Source: Bacteroidia bacterium (GTDB lineage Bacteria > Bacteroidota > Bacteroidia > M30B66). Taken from it: a stretch of DNA of 64,000 bases. Below the pieces are notes generated by a model, which saw only the letters and a program-made list of their open reading frames with translations, was not told the origin of the DNA and ran no database searches. The DNA lies in assembly GCA_019695235.1 (NCBI GenBank), contig JAIBAI010000007.1:7480-71479 (forward strand), in the 5' to 3' direction. The stretch's first letter is position 1, and each line of letters starts with the position of its first letter. This document shows positions 20,100-29,854 of this stretch, in pieces. The position numbers were made by a program, and so were the translations under genes.

Positions 20100-21231
20100 A
20101 TCTTGTGTTTATGCTACGAATGGTGGAATATTTATACTTTAACTTCAAGAATCGTTTTTCGTATAATTCGTATGACAGGTAAGCTAACACAATAGTTGAG
20201 GTTATTACCATGCTATATACCAGGGCGTAACTGGTCATTTTCTCAGGGTTAAGAGTACCCAATAGCTTTGAAGCGTAGAAAATCAAGATCGGGTGAATTA
20301 CATAAATGCCATAAGAAATCTTACCAATAAAATCACAAACAGGGTTCTCTAAATTGATGAGATGGTTTGTTTTTGTAATCTGGCCAATAATTATAAAAAC
20401 AGTAATTACAGCAACGATTTCACCAGCGAGGAGAGAAACAAATGTAAATTGATTTAATGCCAGTAAAAAAACAATTGTCCAGGAGATGATTTGTGTGATT
20501 TTTTTGGTACTAAGTTCAATAAAACGGGTGTTTTTTTCGTAGAATAAGATGGCCCCAATTGCGCCAATAAGCATGATATGAAATCTTGTTACTGCTACTG
20601 ACAAAAGCGGAGTATGGGCACCATATTTTCTTTCAAGCATTAAGAAAGAAAATTTCAAAACAATGAATAAGTAAATGCCGATAATGGCTGTATTCAGAAG
20701 CTTTTTATTTGATTGTTTGGCCAGATGAGGGAAGAGCAGATAGAATTGTTCTTCAACGCCTAAAGACCAGTAATGGGCAAGCAGAGGTAGGGTGTTGCCT
20801 AAAATAAACGGAACATTTGCGGCAAGAAAAATATAAAACGGAATTGCTGTTGTCTCGTAAGGGAGGCCAAAGTAAATGAACGTAGCTATACTCAGTATCA
20901 ATATTGCGTAATACAGAGGCCAAATTCGCAAAATACGCCGGATATAGAAATCCTTTATTTTGATTTTACCCTGATTGGCTTCTTTTTCTTTGAGCAGCAG
21001 ATAAGTAATTAGAAATCCACTTAAGGTGAAAAACATGGTGACTCCGTAATCGGCCAAGTCTAAGCCACGGGGTTTTCCTTCAGGGCCGGTACCTAATATG
21101 CTGTTATTCAAACCAAACTGGTCGAGTGCCAGCGTGATATGTGTTAAAACAACTGCCAATGCAGCAATAGCACGTATGCCATTTAGGCCCGGCAGGTATA
21201 TATTTGTTAATGCATGCCCTTTGTTTTGCAT
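20098..21231 (-). CDS. acyltransferase family 3 (OafA/NolL-like) membrane O-acyltransferase
   Basis: It is a polytopic membrane protein with ~10 TM segments. The N-terminus LPGLNGIRAIAALAVVLTHI is typical of acyltransferase_3. Confidence 0.75.
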   Translation of the reverse strand: MQNKGHALTNIYLPGLNGIRAIAALAVVLTHITLALDQFGLNNSILGTGPEGKPRGLDLADYGVTMFFTLSGFLITYLLLKEKEANQGKIKIKDFYIRRILRIWPLYYAILILSIATFIYFGLPYETTAIPFYIFLAANVPFILGNTLPLLAHYWSLGVEEQFYLLFPHLAKQSNKKLLNTAIIGIYLFIVLKFSFLMLERKYGAHTPLLSVAVTRFHIMLIGAIGAILFYEKNTRFIELSTKKITQIISWTIVFLLALNQFTFVSLLAGEIVAVITVFIIIGQITKTNHLINLENPVCDFIGKISYGIYVIHPILIFYASKLLGTLNPEKMTSYALVYSMVITSTIVLAYLSYELYEKRFLKLKYKYSTIRSINTR

Positions 21232-21254
21232 TGCCCGGTGTTCAGCAGAACAAC

Positions 21255-22067
21255 CTATTGCAAAAGGTCTTTCATCTTTTTTGCAATAAAGTTAGTTGCA
21301 AATGTAGGAGCAAAGCGGTACAAATAATCCATAAATTTTGCATCTGAGCCTACGAAAATCCGGGGTTTATTTTTCAAGACACCGTCAATAATGATTTCGG
21401 CAGCTTTTGCTGGTGAGGTAGTGCGTGCCATTTGTTTTTTCAATTCTGCCTCGTTTTTGGTATTTGGTATTTCAACACCTGAATTTTTTGTGATATTGGT
21501 TCCAATGGCACCCGGAAACACCAGACTTACATGCACATTGGTGTCGCGTAATTCAGCATATAAACCTTCGGTAAGCAATTTCACTGCTGCCTTACTTGCT
21601 CCATAAACACTCTGACCGGGCACAGGTAAGTAGCCACCCATGCTGGAAGTGTTGACAATATGGGCTTCCTGTCGCTTTAGCAGGTGAGGTAAAAAAGCCT
21701 TTGTCATGTTTAACAAACCAAAGAAATTCACATTAAATACATGATGGATTTTATCAAACGGCAGGTGATTTACCTTTACAAATGGCTGAATGATTCCGGC
21801 ATTATTTATGAGTATGTCCACACTTCCATGCTCAGCAATCACCTTTTCAGGAAAGGAAATTACACTTTCATGGTCTGTGATATTTAATACATGAAGTGAT
21901 AGTTTTTTTTCTTTGTTTCCGGCCAATTGACGTGTTTCAGACAGCGCAGCTTCATTCATATCAACCGCCGCAACCCTTGCGCCTTTGTTCAATAGATTGA
22001 ATACGATTTCGCGCCCCATGCCGTTGCCTGCTCCGGTAACAACGACGGTTTTATTATATACCTCCAT
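21255..22067 (-). CDS. SDR family oxidoreductase
   Basis: The N-terminus is VVVTGAGNGMGREI (TGxxxGxG). The catalytic motif is YGASK and NNAG is present. Confidence 0.8.
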   Translation of the reverse strand: MEVYNKTVVVTGAGNGMGREIVFNLLNKGARVAAVDMNEAALSETRQLAGNKEKKLSLHVLNITDHESVISFPEKVIAEHGSVDILINNAGIIQPFVKVNHLPFDKIHHVFNVNFFGLLNMTKAFLPHLLKRQEAHIVNTSSMGGYLPVPGQSVYGASKAAVKLLTEGLYAELRDTNVHVSLVFPGAIGTNITKNSGVEIPNTKNEAELKKQMARTTSPAKAAEIIIDGVLKNKPRIFVGSDAKFMDYLYRFAPTFATNFIAKKMKDLLQ

Positions 22068-22108
22068 GGTATTGGTTTTAAAGATGTTTGTTTAAGATTA
22101 TTAGCCTT

Positions 22109-22204
22109 GCATTATGCAAGATGCATTATTCAAGTAACATTATGTAATGTACATTATGTAAGATACATTATGCAGTATGCATTATTCAAATTGCATAATT
22201 GCGG
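22109..22204. repeat. tandem direct repeat of 7 copies of a 14-bp unit with core CATTATG(C/T)AAG
   Basis: CATTAT/CATAAT starts at 22110, 22124, 22138, 22152, 22166, 22180 and 22194, an exact 14-bp period. The array lies 42-137 nt upstream of the SDR gene start and overlaps the last codons of the 22182..23117 gene. Confidence 0.7.
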
Positions 22205-23117
22205 TTTTGGTGTACTGTCCAGATTGGATTTTTAAGAAGTACATTCCAGGTGCTGCCTGGATATTCATATCGAACTTTGCGGTGTTGGCAAAATCTTTTT
22301 TCAGCACTTCGCGCCCCAGAACATCTGTTACAATTACATTACAGTGGTGTAAATTTTCAGTTGCCTGTACAGTAATATTGCCGGTAGAGGGGTTAGGGAA
22401 AACTGAAAAATCAAGTTTTGTGCGTATGTTATTTACCATCCCTGCTGAGTTGTTTTTGTAATAAATCTTCAGGTAAGGTCGGTTAGAAACCAGTGTATCA
22501 TCAGATGAGTACACGGCAAACATAGCGGCAACATTATTACACCCTAATGAATTTGAAAGCATCGCAAATCCAAAATTGGGAATTTCCTCGTTTTTCCAAC
22601 GTTTATAAACTTCAGTGATGTTGTATTCGCGTAGGCCGAAATCATTTGGAAACGAGATAGGTATAGGCCCATAGAAGGCGGTGTCGAGCGCAGGGGAGTT
22701 GTTGAACGTAAGCTCAGTTTCAGACCATGCCTGGTTAATCAGGGAGAAATAAAAATCAGCAGTGCAATTACTGTAACAATAGTGGGTATGGGGAGAGTGG
22801 GTAAAACCAGCGAACACTGAATCTACAATTTCAGGAAGGCTGCTTAGGTCGAACTGAATATACCCGAATGCCTGGGTATAATTGCAGTTACTTGGCGGGA
22901 AAGCGAGTATTGACACGCTATTCCCGTTGTTTTCTCCCGGGCGGTCTTGGTATGTATAGGTGTCTTTCCCCGCGTCTAAGCCTCCCTGATCACTACCATC
23001 GTTCAGGCCAGAGCCGGGTCGGAAAATGAGAACGCTGTCAGTTTGAGCAGCCAATGAGCACGATAAGCCCATTATAGCTATGATGCCGACTGCTGCTTTC
23101 AGAATGTTTGTTTTCAT
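22182..23117 (-). CDS. secreted T9SS cargo protein of unknown function (DNRLRE-like N-terminal domain, T9SS C-terminal sorting domain)
   Basis: The signal peptide is MKTNILKAAVGIIAIMGLSCSLAAQ. The C-terminal ~75 aa (FSVFPNPSTGNITVQ...GMYFLKIQSGQYTKTAIMQFE) resemble a Por/T9SS CTD. Confidence 0.7.
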   Translation of the reverse strand: MKTNILKAAVGIIAIMGLSCSLAAQTDSVLIFRPGSGLNDGSDQGGLDAGKDTYTYQDRPGENNGNSVSILAFPPSNCNYTQAFGYIQFDLSSLPEIVDSVFAGFTHSPHTHYCYSNCTADFYFSLINQAWSETELTFNNSPALDTAFYGPIPISFPNDFGLREYNITEVYKRWKNEEIPNFGFAMLSNSLGCNNVAAMFAVYSSDDTLVSNRPYLKIYYKNNSAGMVNNIRTKLDFSVFPNPSTGNITVQATENLHHCNVIVTDVLGREVLKKDFANTAKFDMNIQAAPGMYFLKIQSGQYTKTAIMQFE

Positions 23118-23365
23118 AGTATTAAAATTGAGTTTGTGTTTAAATTGAAAGGCTGAGGACTGATGAGATTATATTTTACTAAATTACACCTGCAAATGCT
23201 GAGTGTATATGAGAATGGTCAAGCGAAAGTTTGATGTTTATCCATGTTTTTTTTGTAAATGCAGGTTCTCAGGTAGCAAAGTAGATGTTACAGCAAGTAT
23301 TGACAATTCATTCGGAAGGCTGTATTGCTGTGTTTTCTTTCAGCAATTTTCTGCCTAAATCATAC

Positions 23366-23373
23366 TACCTTTG
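23366..23373 (+). promoter_or_regulatory. candidate Bacteroidota -7 promoter element TACCTTTG upstream of purF
   Basis: The sequence matches TAnnTTTG and lies 18 nt upstream of the ATG at 23392. Confidence 0.3.
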
Positions 23374-23391
23374 CATTTTCCGGAACAATAC

Positions 23392-25293
23392 ATGAGCGAT
23401 CAGATCAAGCATGAGTGCGGTATAGTGCTCATTCGCCTCCTCAAGCCACTCGACTATTACAGGCAGAAATACGGTTCAGCAGGTTATGCCCTTAACAAAC
23501 TGAATCTGTTAATGGAAAAACAGCACAACCGGGGGCAGGATGGTGCCGGGGTAGCTTGTATAAAGTTCGACATGGCGCCCGGGCAGCGATACATTGGTCG
23601 TTACCGCTCAAATGAGGCGCAGCCACTGAAAGACATTTTCGAAAAGCTGAGGAGTTATTTTGATGAAATAAAGGTCAAATATCCTGATTATCAGAAAGAT
23701 ACGAATTTTCTAAAGGAGCATCATCCATTTATCGGTGAATTGTTAATGGGGCATCTTCGTTACGGCACCTACGGAGGGAATAGCATCGAAAACTGCCATC
23801 CTTTCTTACGGCAGAACAACTGGATGAGCCGTAACCTTGTGATTGCGGGCAATTTTAACCTCACCAACGTAGACGAGCAGTTCCAGCAGCTGATTGAATT
23901 AGGGCAACACCCAAAAGAACATGCTGATACCGTTACGGTTCTGGAGAAGATAGGTCATTTCCTTGATATGGAAAATGAACGTTTGTTCCGTGAGTTTAAG
24001 CGTAAAGGCCATAGCAATGCCGAGATTTCGAAACTAATTGGTCGTGATATTAATGTTGCCGAAATCTTGCGGCAAGCTTCAAAGCGCTTCGACGGCGGTT
24101 ACGTAATTACCGGGATGATGGGTCATGGGGATGCTTTTGTTATGCGTGATCCAAATGGAATAAGGCCGTGTTTTTTCTTCCAAAACGATGAGTTTGTTGT
24201 TGCCACTTCAGAACGGCCAGCTCTTCAAACAGCTTTTAATATTCCTTTCGAGCAAGTTCAGGAGCTCAAGCCCGGACATGCGTTGGTAATTAAGCGTAAC
24301 GGAGAGGTTTCTGAAGAGTTGATCAGGGAAGCCAAACCACGTGCAAGTTGTTCATTTGAGCGTATTTATTTTTCAAGAGGTAGCGATAAAGACATTTATT
24401 TAGAGCGCAAGGCTTTAGGCCGGATGCTTAGCATGCAGGTGTTAGAAGCGATAGCTTACGATATTGAACATACTGTTTTTGCATATATCCCAAATACGGC
24501 CGAAACTGCCTATTACGGATTAGTTGAAGGGCTCAATCAGTGGCTCGACGGTGAGAAAGCTGAAAAAATCAGGGCTTTGGGCTCAAACTTAGCCCAGGAG
24601 CGTCTTGAAAAAATACTAAAAGAAAAGATTCGTACTGAGAAAATTGCAATAAAAGATGCGAAAATCCGCACATTCATTACCGATGATTTGCACAGGGATG
24701 AGATGGTGGCCCATGTTTATGATGTAACCTATGGCATTGTAAAAGACCATGTGGATACGCTTGTGATCATGGATGATTCAATAGTAAGGGGTACTACACT
24801 ACGTCAAAGCATCTTAAGAATGCTTGATCGTTTATGCCCGAAGAAAATAATTATTGTTTCCTCAGCACCGCAGATTCGTTATCCTGATTGCTATGGTATT
24901 GATATGGCGAAACTTGGCGATTTTATTGCTTTTCAGGCAGCAATAGCGCTTCACAAACAACATGATTCAATGTTTTTAGTTGATGAGGTGTATGAGCAAT
25001 GTATTGCACAAGATAGTTTAGAGAAGGAGGAAATTCGCAATGTAGTTACGCGTATTTATGAGCCTTTTACCGAACAGGAGATTTCAGAAAAAATCGCTGA
25101 ACTGGTTACACCGGAAGGGATTGGAGCGCAGGTACAAGTGATTTTCCAAAAACTTGAAAACCTTCATAAAGCCATACCCGGGCATACAGGTGATTGGTAT
25201 TTTTCAGGCAATTATCCAACGCCGGGTGGAAACAGAGTCGTGAATAAGGCCTTTATAAACTATTACAATAAGGTAAACGAGCGTGCTTATTAG
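23392..25293 (+). CDS. purF: amidophosphoribosyltransferase, long Bacteroidota type (class II glutamine amidotransferase plus PRTase domain)
   Basis: The Ntn-type N-terminus is MSDQIKHECGIV. The PRTase region is TLVIMDDSIVRGTT. I chose ATG 23392 over the ORF-track TTG at 23371. Confidence 0.7.
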   Translation: MSDQIKHECGIVLIRLLKPLDYYRQKYGSAGYALNKLNLLMEKQHNRGQDGAGVACIKFDMAPGQRYIGRYRSNEAQPLKDIFEKLRSYFDEIKVKYPDYQKDTNFLKEHHPFIGELLMGHLRYGTYGGNSIENCHPFLRQNNWMSRNLVIAGNFNLTNVDEQFQQLIELGQHPKEHADTVTVLEKIGHFLDMENERLFREFKRKGHSNAEISKLIGRDINVAEILRQASKRFDGGYVITGMMGHGDAFVMRDPNGIRPCFFFQNDEFVVATSERPALQTAFNIPFEQVQELKPGHALVIKRNGEVSEELIREAKPRASCSFERIYFSRGSDKDIYLERKALGRMLSMQVLEAIAYDIEHTVFAYIPNTAETAYYGLVEGLNQWLDGEKAEKIRALGSNLAQERLEKILKEKIRTEKIAIKDAKIRTFITDDLHRDEMVAHVYDVTYGIVKDHVDTLVIMDDSIVRGTTLRQSILRMLDRLCPKKIIIVSSAPQIRYPDCYGIDMAKLGDFIAFQAAIALHKQHDSMFLVDEVYEQCIAQDSLEKEEIRNVVTRIYEPFTEQEISEKIAELVTPEGIGAQVQVIFQKLENLHKAIPGHTGDWYFSGNYPTPGGNRVVNKAFINYYNKVNERAY

Positions 25294-25334
25294 AGCAAGC
25301 GAAAGAACCTTGTAAGTAAAATGCAGCTGAGCCC

Positions 25335-26870
25335 ATGAAAATATTTAAACTATTGGTTTTTGTATGTTGGAGTGCCACCGTACAAGCGCAGGTACATGAG
25401 ATAATTAATCTGTCAGAGTTATTTCCGGCCCCAAATAATGAGGCCCCCAGGAAAAAAGATATTTCTGCCAGCTTAAAAGGTTTTGTGACTCCTGATTCAA
25501 TCATTTTTGAGATTCAGGTTCAGGATAACAAGGTGCTCAATGGGTCAGGGGTAGAAAATAGTGACCATGTAGAAATATGGTTTGGTTTTCATGAAAGCGA
25601 TTTTAGTGATTTTATTGTTGCAGATACCCGCGACCGTAAGCCCTCACGTATTTTTAGGAACTCAATTGAGTCGGGCGATAATGCAGATTTAGAACGCTTT
25701 CTGAAGCTGGGTGATTACCCGCCTAATGCCAAAGTTCAGGACGGTGCAACGCTTGAATGGTTGAATGCAGATGTTCCGCTGCCTGATAAGTTGCGTAGGG
25801 AGACGGTATTTTACGGTATCTCAAGTTTTGCCTGTTTTGCTGATAACCGGCAGCCCATACAGACAAACCGTGAGAAATATAAGTACATGGAAGACCAACT
25901 TTTTCCATTTGATGACCTGTCGAAAGCCTTGGTTTCCAGGAGTGAATTGACTTCCAATGGTTATAAAATAAGAGTTGCCTTGCATAATACGTGCCTGGTT
26001 TTTGCTGAGCCTGTTACCATGAATGGCTTCAGATTTGCTGTTCAAGTACATGACACTGATGGTAAAGGCGAAGCAACAACAAAATTTATCAGCAGCGCAA
26101 AAAACAATTATTACGCCCGGCCATTCTATTTTAACAAAGCTTCTTTTCCATTCCCACTAAACATTCATTTGCCAGGTGTACCAGATGGGCTTATTCAGAA
26201 GATGGGGCTTAAGTTTTCAATGATACGCTCAGGAGGTACCTGGAAGCCATATTATTATTCAAATGGTCCAATTATTTATGCACCGGATATTATGTCGGAT
26301 GCTGGACTTGCTGAGTATGAGTTTTATCCGGCAAATATTAATTTCACTGAATCAGCAGCTGGGGCCGATGTTGCATGGAACAGGCTGGATATTGAGTACG
26401 ATGATATTTCGGCCTTTTACCAGCATGAGATTTATTACACTGTGGGAGACTCGGTGGCGTTAAGTTCAAAATCGTATCGGTATAATGAGGAAGAACCTGG
26501 CGATTTTGTCAATAGTATTTTTAAATTAAAAGATGGGAGTGCCGCAGCGGTTCTATATGATTATGAGCCGGTTGACCCTTTTGGCTGGGGCCAATATGGG
26601 ATGACCGCGGATGAATTTGTGTACATACAAAAGCTGGATAAAAAAAGCGGCTACCCCATATTTAATGTAGGGCAAAGAGTAGAAGCTACGGGGGTGGTTG
26701 CAGTGGGCGACCCTTTGTTGGTAAAGCTTGAGCAGGTTAAGAAAATAACTTATCGCTGGATAAAATTTGGCGAAACATTTGAAATGCAAGTTGATTCTGA
26801 CAGTCCGGATTTTAAACGCACCCTGCAGTTTCAGATTGGGGCTGATAACAAGGTTACTTTAATAAAATAG
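25335..26870 (+). CDS. hypothetical secreted protein
   Basis: The signal peptide is MKIFKLLVFVCWSATVQAQ. I recognise no catalytic motif. Confidence 0.6.
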   Translation: MKIFKLLVFVCWSATVQAQVHEIINLSELFPAPNNEAPRKKDISASLKGFVTPDSIIFEIQVQDNKVLNGSGVENSDHVEIWFGFHESDFSDFIVADTRDRKPSRIFRNSIESGDNADLERFLKLGDYPPNAKVQDGATLEWLNADVPLPDKLRRETVFYGISSFACFADNRQPIQTNREKYKYMEDQLFPFDDLSKALVSRSELTSNGYKIRVALHNTCLVFAEPVTMNGFRFAVQVHDTDGKGEATTKFISSAKNNYYARPFYFNKASFPFPLNIHLPGVPDGLIQKMGLKFSMIRSGGTWKPYYYSNGPIIYAPDIMSDAGLAEYEFYPANINFTESAAGADVAWNRLDIEYDDISAFYQHEIYYTVGDSVALSSKSYRYNEEEPGDFVNSIFKLKDGSAAAVLYDYEPVDPFGWGQYGMTADEFVYIQKLDKKSGYPIFNVGQRVEATGVVAVGDPLLVKLEQVKKITYRWIKFGETFEMQVDSDSPDFKRTLQFQIGADNKVTLIK

Positions 26871-26922
26871 AAGCCAAACGCTGATGGTAGTTGCGACTGC
26901 TATTTGTGCAGGCGCGAAGTGT

Positions 26923-27807
26923 TTACAGCTTCCTGTAATAACCCTTCAGTGTTAAACCTAAATTGAAGGTGGTTAAGAAAGAATTAGCCAGGTTCTTTGC
27001 AATTTTCAGGTACCATTTACTATCTATATTTTTTCGCAGTTTTTCATCAGCATTGTCGCTTGCGATAACTGGTTCGTTGCTGATTTTTTTTGATAGGTTG
27101 ATACGGGTTAAGCTGATACCGGTTGACAAAAATTTTATGTTTTTAAAACCGTTCTGCTCTAACAATTTATTGAGGGTGCTTTTGGTGTAATAGGATAAAT
27201 GTTCCGGGTAGTTAATAATGTTATATCCTGATTTAAGATAGTAGCGCAATGCCGAATTGAAGTTCGGTGTAGTGCAGTAGAACAAGCCACCTTTGCGTAG
27301 AAATTTGTGTATAAAAGCAATTTCTTCCCTTGGGTTATTGATATGTTCAATTACCTCGAACGAAGTTATCACATCAAATTCATCATTGGCAAAAGTTGCT
27401 GAATTCAATTGACCCTGAATCATGTGAATACCATGGGTCTGGCATAATTGTACAGCGGCTTCAGAATATTCGGTTCCATAGACCTCCCAACCCCGGGAGC
27501 GGGCTGTTTCTAAAAACCATCCCCTGCCACAACCAATATCAAGCAGTTTATTGGTTTTTCGGTACTTTTCAAACTCATCCAGCAGGGCATTGTAACTCTT
27601 TATAGTAAGGGGCGATAAATAAGCATCGCCAGTATAGGAATATGAACTGTAATGCGCACCAAGCTCTTCGGCTGTGGGGATTTTCTCCATGAAGACGAAT
27701 CCACAGCTCTCACACTTTACCAGGCCACATGGTTCATAATATCCACTAAGCGGTTGGAACCTCTGGCCTGCACATACCAAACAGGTAAGGTGTTTGTTAT
27801 AGCTCAT
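26923..27807 (-). CDS. class I SAM-dependent methyltransferase with an N-terminal Cys4 zinc-ribbon-like motif
   Basis: The SAM-binding motif is LLDIGCGRGWF. The N-terminus has a CxxC...CxxC arrangement. Confidence 0.75.
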   Translation of the reverse strand: MSYNKHLTCLVCAGQRFQPLSGYYEPCGLVKCESCGFVFMEKIPTAEELGAHYSSYSYTGDAYLSPLTIKSYNALLDEFEKYRKTNKLLDIGCGRGWFLETARSRGWEVYGTEYSEAAVQLCQTHGIHMIQGQLNSATFANDEFDVITSFEVIEHINNPREEIAFIHKFLRKGGLFYCTTPNFNSALRYYLKSGYNIINYPEHLSYYTKSTLNKLLEQNGFKNIKFLSTGISLTRINLSKKISNEPVIASDNADEKLRKNIDSKWYLKIAKNLANSFLTTFNLGLTLKGYYRKL

Positions 27808-27913
27808 TGTATTCTGGCTGTCTGATGTTGGAATTAATATCCTGAATTTTTATCAAAGCAGGCCAAAAATACAAAAAGAAGGCACTGTTTTAGCTCCCTT
27901 CCTCAGACAATGT

Positions 27914-28318
27914 TTACATATAAAAATAGGTGAGCATGTAATAGGCGGCCCAGCCAAAGAAGGCAATCAGAATTATCCAAAGCCAACTTGGAATACTTTG
28001 GGGAGTTTCACTTCCACCGATAAGAAATTTCTTTTGATTACCCTTGTCGTAGGCATTGATCATCAGCGGAATGACGCCATCAACTACCTCGTTGTCTGAC
28101 AGGCCTTCAATGGCAATCGCAGGCCCGTTGCGTACGATGAACTTGATTTTTCTGATGCCTTCTTTACCGCTGGGTGATTTACTTACCATTTTCAAGGTAT
28201 GCTCACCATCTGTCAGTTTACGGGTGTCTAAGTCGAACTGAACCGGGGTGCTCAATTCGGCAACCGGGTGCAAATCGTCATCAACAAACAGCATTACCTT
28301 GCTTTTTTCTTCTTGCAT
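27914..28318 (-). CDS. hypothetical C-terminally membrane-anchored protein encoded in the cbb3 oxidase operon
   Basis: It sits 1 nt after the upstream ORF. There is a single C-terminal TM (WLWIILIAFFGWAAYYMLTYF). No family is recognised. Confidence 0.5.
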   Translation of the reverse strand: MQEEKSKVMLFVDDDLHPVAELSTPVQFDLDTRKLTDGEHTLKMVSKSPSGKEGIRKIKFIVRNGPAIAIEGLSDNEVVDGVIPLMINAYDKGNQKKFLIGGSETPQSIPSWLWIILIAFFGWAAYYMLTYFYM

Positions 28319-28319
28319 C

Positions 28320-28595
28320 TTATTCGTTATTTATGATTAGATGTTTGATGTGGTTATTGCCTTTCTCACCTGGTTTAATAAGGTATTTCAGAGAAAACAC
28401 AAAAGTTAAAATAGTAATCAGGGTAATTACCGATATGATTACCCAATCCCAATTGCTTTCCGGGCCTGCACCATGCGTTAGTCCTTTTGTAATTGCAGGT
28501 TGTTGTTTTTCACAAACCGGGCATGCCCCAACAGCCATTGGCATCAACAAGAGTACCCCCAGCGTAATAAAATACCTGAGCTTTTTATACATCAT
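28320..28595 (-). CDS. small two-TM membrane protein with a CPVC motif, in the cbb3 oxidase operon
   Basis: It has a 4-nt overlap with the upstream ORF, two hydrophobic segments and a CxxC between them. This is CcoQ/CcoS-like in context only. Confidence 0.5.
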   Translation of the reverse strand: MMYKKLRYFITLGVLLLMPMAVGACPVCEKQQPAITKGLTHGAGPESNWDWVIISVITLITILTFVFSLKYLIKPGEKGNNHIKHLIINNE

Positions 28596-28825
28596 TTCCA
28601 GAAATTATTAGCCTGGGCGATAGTTTGGAACTCAATGGCGACCACCTGTGCAGAGCTGATTAGTTGCACCGTATCTTCTGCATAAGCCGCTCGAAGTTGC
28701 TTTCTTTTCTCCGGGTCTGTTTGAATAGCAGCAATCGTTTTACGAGCCATAAGGATTGCCAAAGCTCTGCCTTCCTGCGGTGTTTTTGTGATTAGGCTTT
28801 CAAGCCATACGTCTGTATTTGCCAT
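28592..28825 (-). CDS. small hypothetical soluble protein in the cbb3 oxidase operon
   Basis: It is 77 aa and tightly packed between ccoO-cytochrome c and the next ORF. No family is recognised. Confidence 0.45.
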   Translation of the reverse strand: MANTDVWLESLITKTPQEGRALAILMARKTIAAIQTDPEKRKQLRAAYAEDTVQLISSAQVVAIEFQTIAQANNFWK

Positions 28826-28829
28826 AAGT

Positions 28830-29840
28830 TTATTTTTTAGCGGTTGAGTTTATCAGGTCAATTATTTTTTTTACCTCCTCAAGTGCGACAGGTTTTGCGT
28901 TATTACCCCAGCTGGTTCGTTCATAATTTATAATTGCTGTCACCTGCTCAGGGCTCAGGTTATTATCATGACCCACGGCGTTCATTACTGCATATTCTGG
29001 TCTTGCATCGTAACCCTGCATGATAATGCTTACATAAAAATCAAGGTCGTTGCCCATAACAATAGGGCTCCCTTTCACAGGTGGAAATGCGCCTTTCAAA
29101 CCCTCACCATTTGCCTGATGACAACTTGCACAGTTTTGGGTATAAAGTGTTTTACCATCAGGCAGGGGAGCAGCACCACCATTGTTTGTTGTAAGGGGCT
29201 TTTCTTCATTTTTGTATAAGAACTCCATTGGTGCCTGGCCATCAGGGAGCGGTGTTTGTTTCAGGCTTTGCAAATAAGCAACTAAATCAAGTGCTTCTTG
29301 TTTTGCAATTATTTTTCCGGAGATACCTTTTCTAAAAGCATCCGGCACGATTACCTCAACTTCATCCTTGCCCACCTCATTCTTTACCTCAAACAGCCAG
29401 GGATAGGCCGGCATTATTGATTGTTCTACTACTGCCCTTGGCTGGAACAAATGCAAAAGGTTCCATGCCTGACTTGGTTGGCGGTTGCCAATATTCGTAA
29501 GGTCGGGCCCTGTGCGCTCTGTGCCCATGAGGGTAGCTGTATTGCGCCAGAAATCGGTACGTTTGATGGCAGCGTAGTCAGCTGCAATCCCAGGCCGGGC
29601 ACCCCATATTTTATCCATATCAACATTTCTGACTTGTTGGGTATGGCAGGCCACACAGCCATTGGCAATAAAACTTTGCTTTCCTGCAAGAGCACTTTCA
29701 CTGAGTTTCTCTGCATTAGGCAGGGGTGCGTTGTTTTCCTGGTTTTTTATTGCCGGAATAATCGCCACGAGAAGGGTTAAGCCAACAAATAAACCCAAAG
29801 CAGTTCCAAAAAGCTTTTTATGATTATCAAAGAATTCCAT
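28830..29840 (-). CDS. ccoO: cbb3-type cytochrome c oxidase subunit II (CcoO) fused to an additional C-terminal mono-heme cytochrome c domain (CcoP-like)
   Basis: The N-terminus has a TM, then heme motif CVACH and CcoO-like TGPDLTNIG...IMPAYPWLF. The C-terminal domain has a second CxxCH (CASCH) in a class I cytochrome c context. Confidence 0.75.
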   Translation of the reverse strand: MEFFDNHKKLFGTALGLFVGLTLLVAIIPAIKNQENNAPLPNAEKLSESALAGKQSFIANGCVACHTQQVRNVDMDKIWGARPGIAADYAAIKRTDFWRNTATLMGTERTGPDLTNIGNRQPSQAWNLLHLFQPRAVVEQSIMPAYPWLFEVKNEVGKDEVEVIVPDAFRKGISGKIIAKQEALDLVAYLQSLKQTPLPDGQAPMEFLYKNEEKPLTTNNGGAAPLPDGKTLYTQNCASCHQANGEGLKGAFPPVKGSPIVMGNDLDFYVSIIMQGYDARPEYAVMNAVGHDNNLSPEQVTAIINYERTSWGNNAKPVALEEVKKIIDLINSTAKK

Positions 29841-29854
29841 CGCGTATCAAAGAA

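Noticed and set aside
22109-22204. Possible CRISPR array suggested by the short direct repeats
   Set aside because: The units are 14 bp and contiguous with no spacers, and there are no cas genes. It is a simple tandem repeat.
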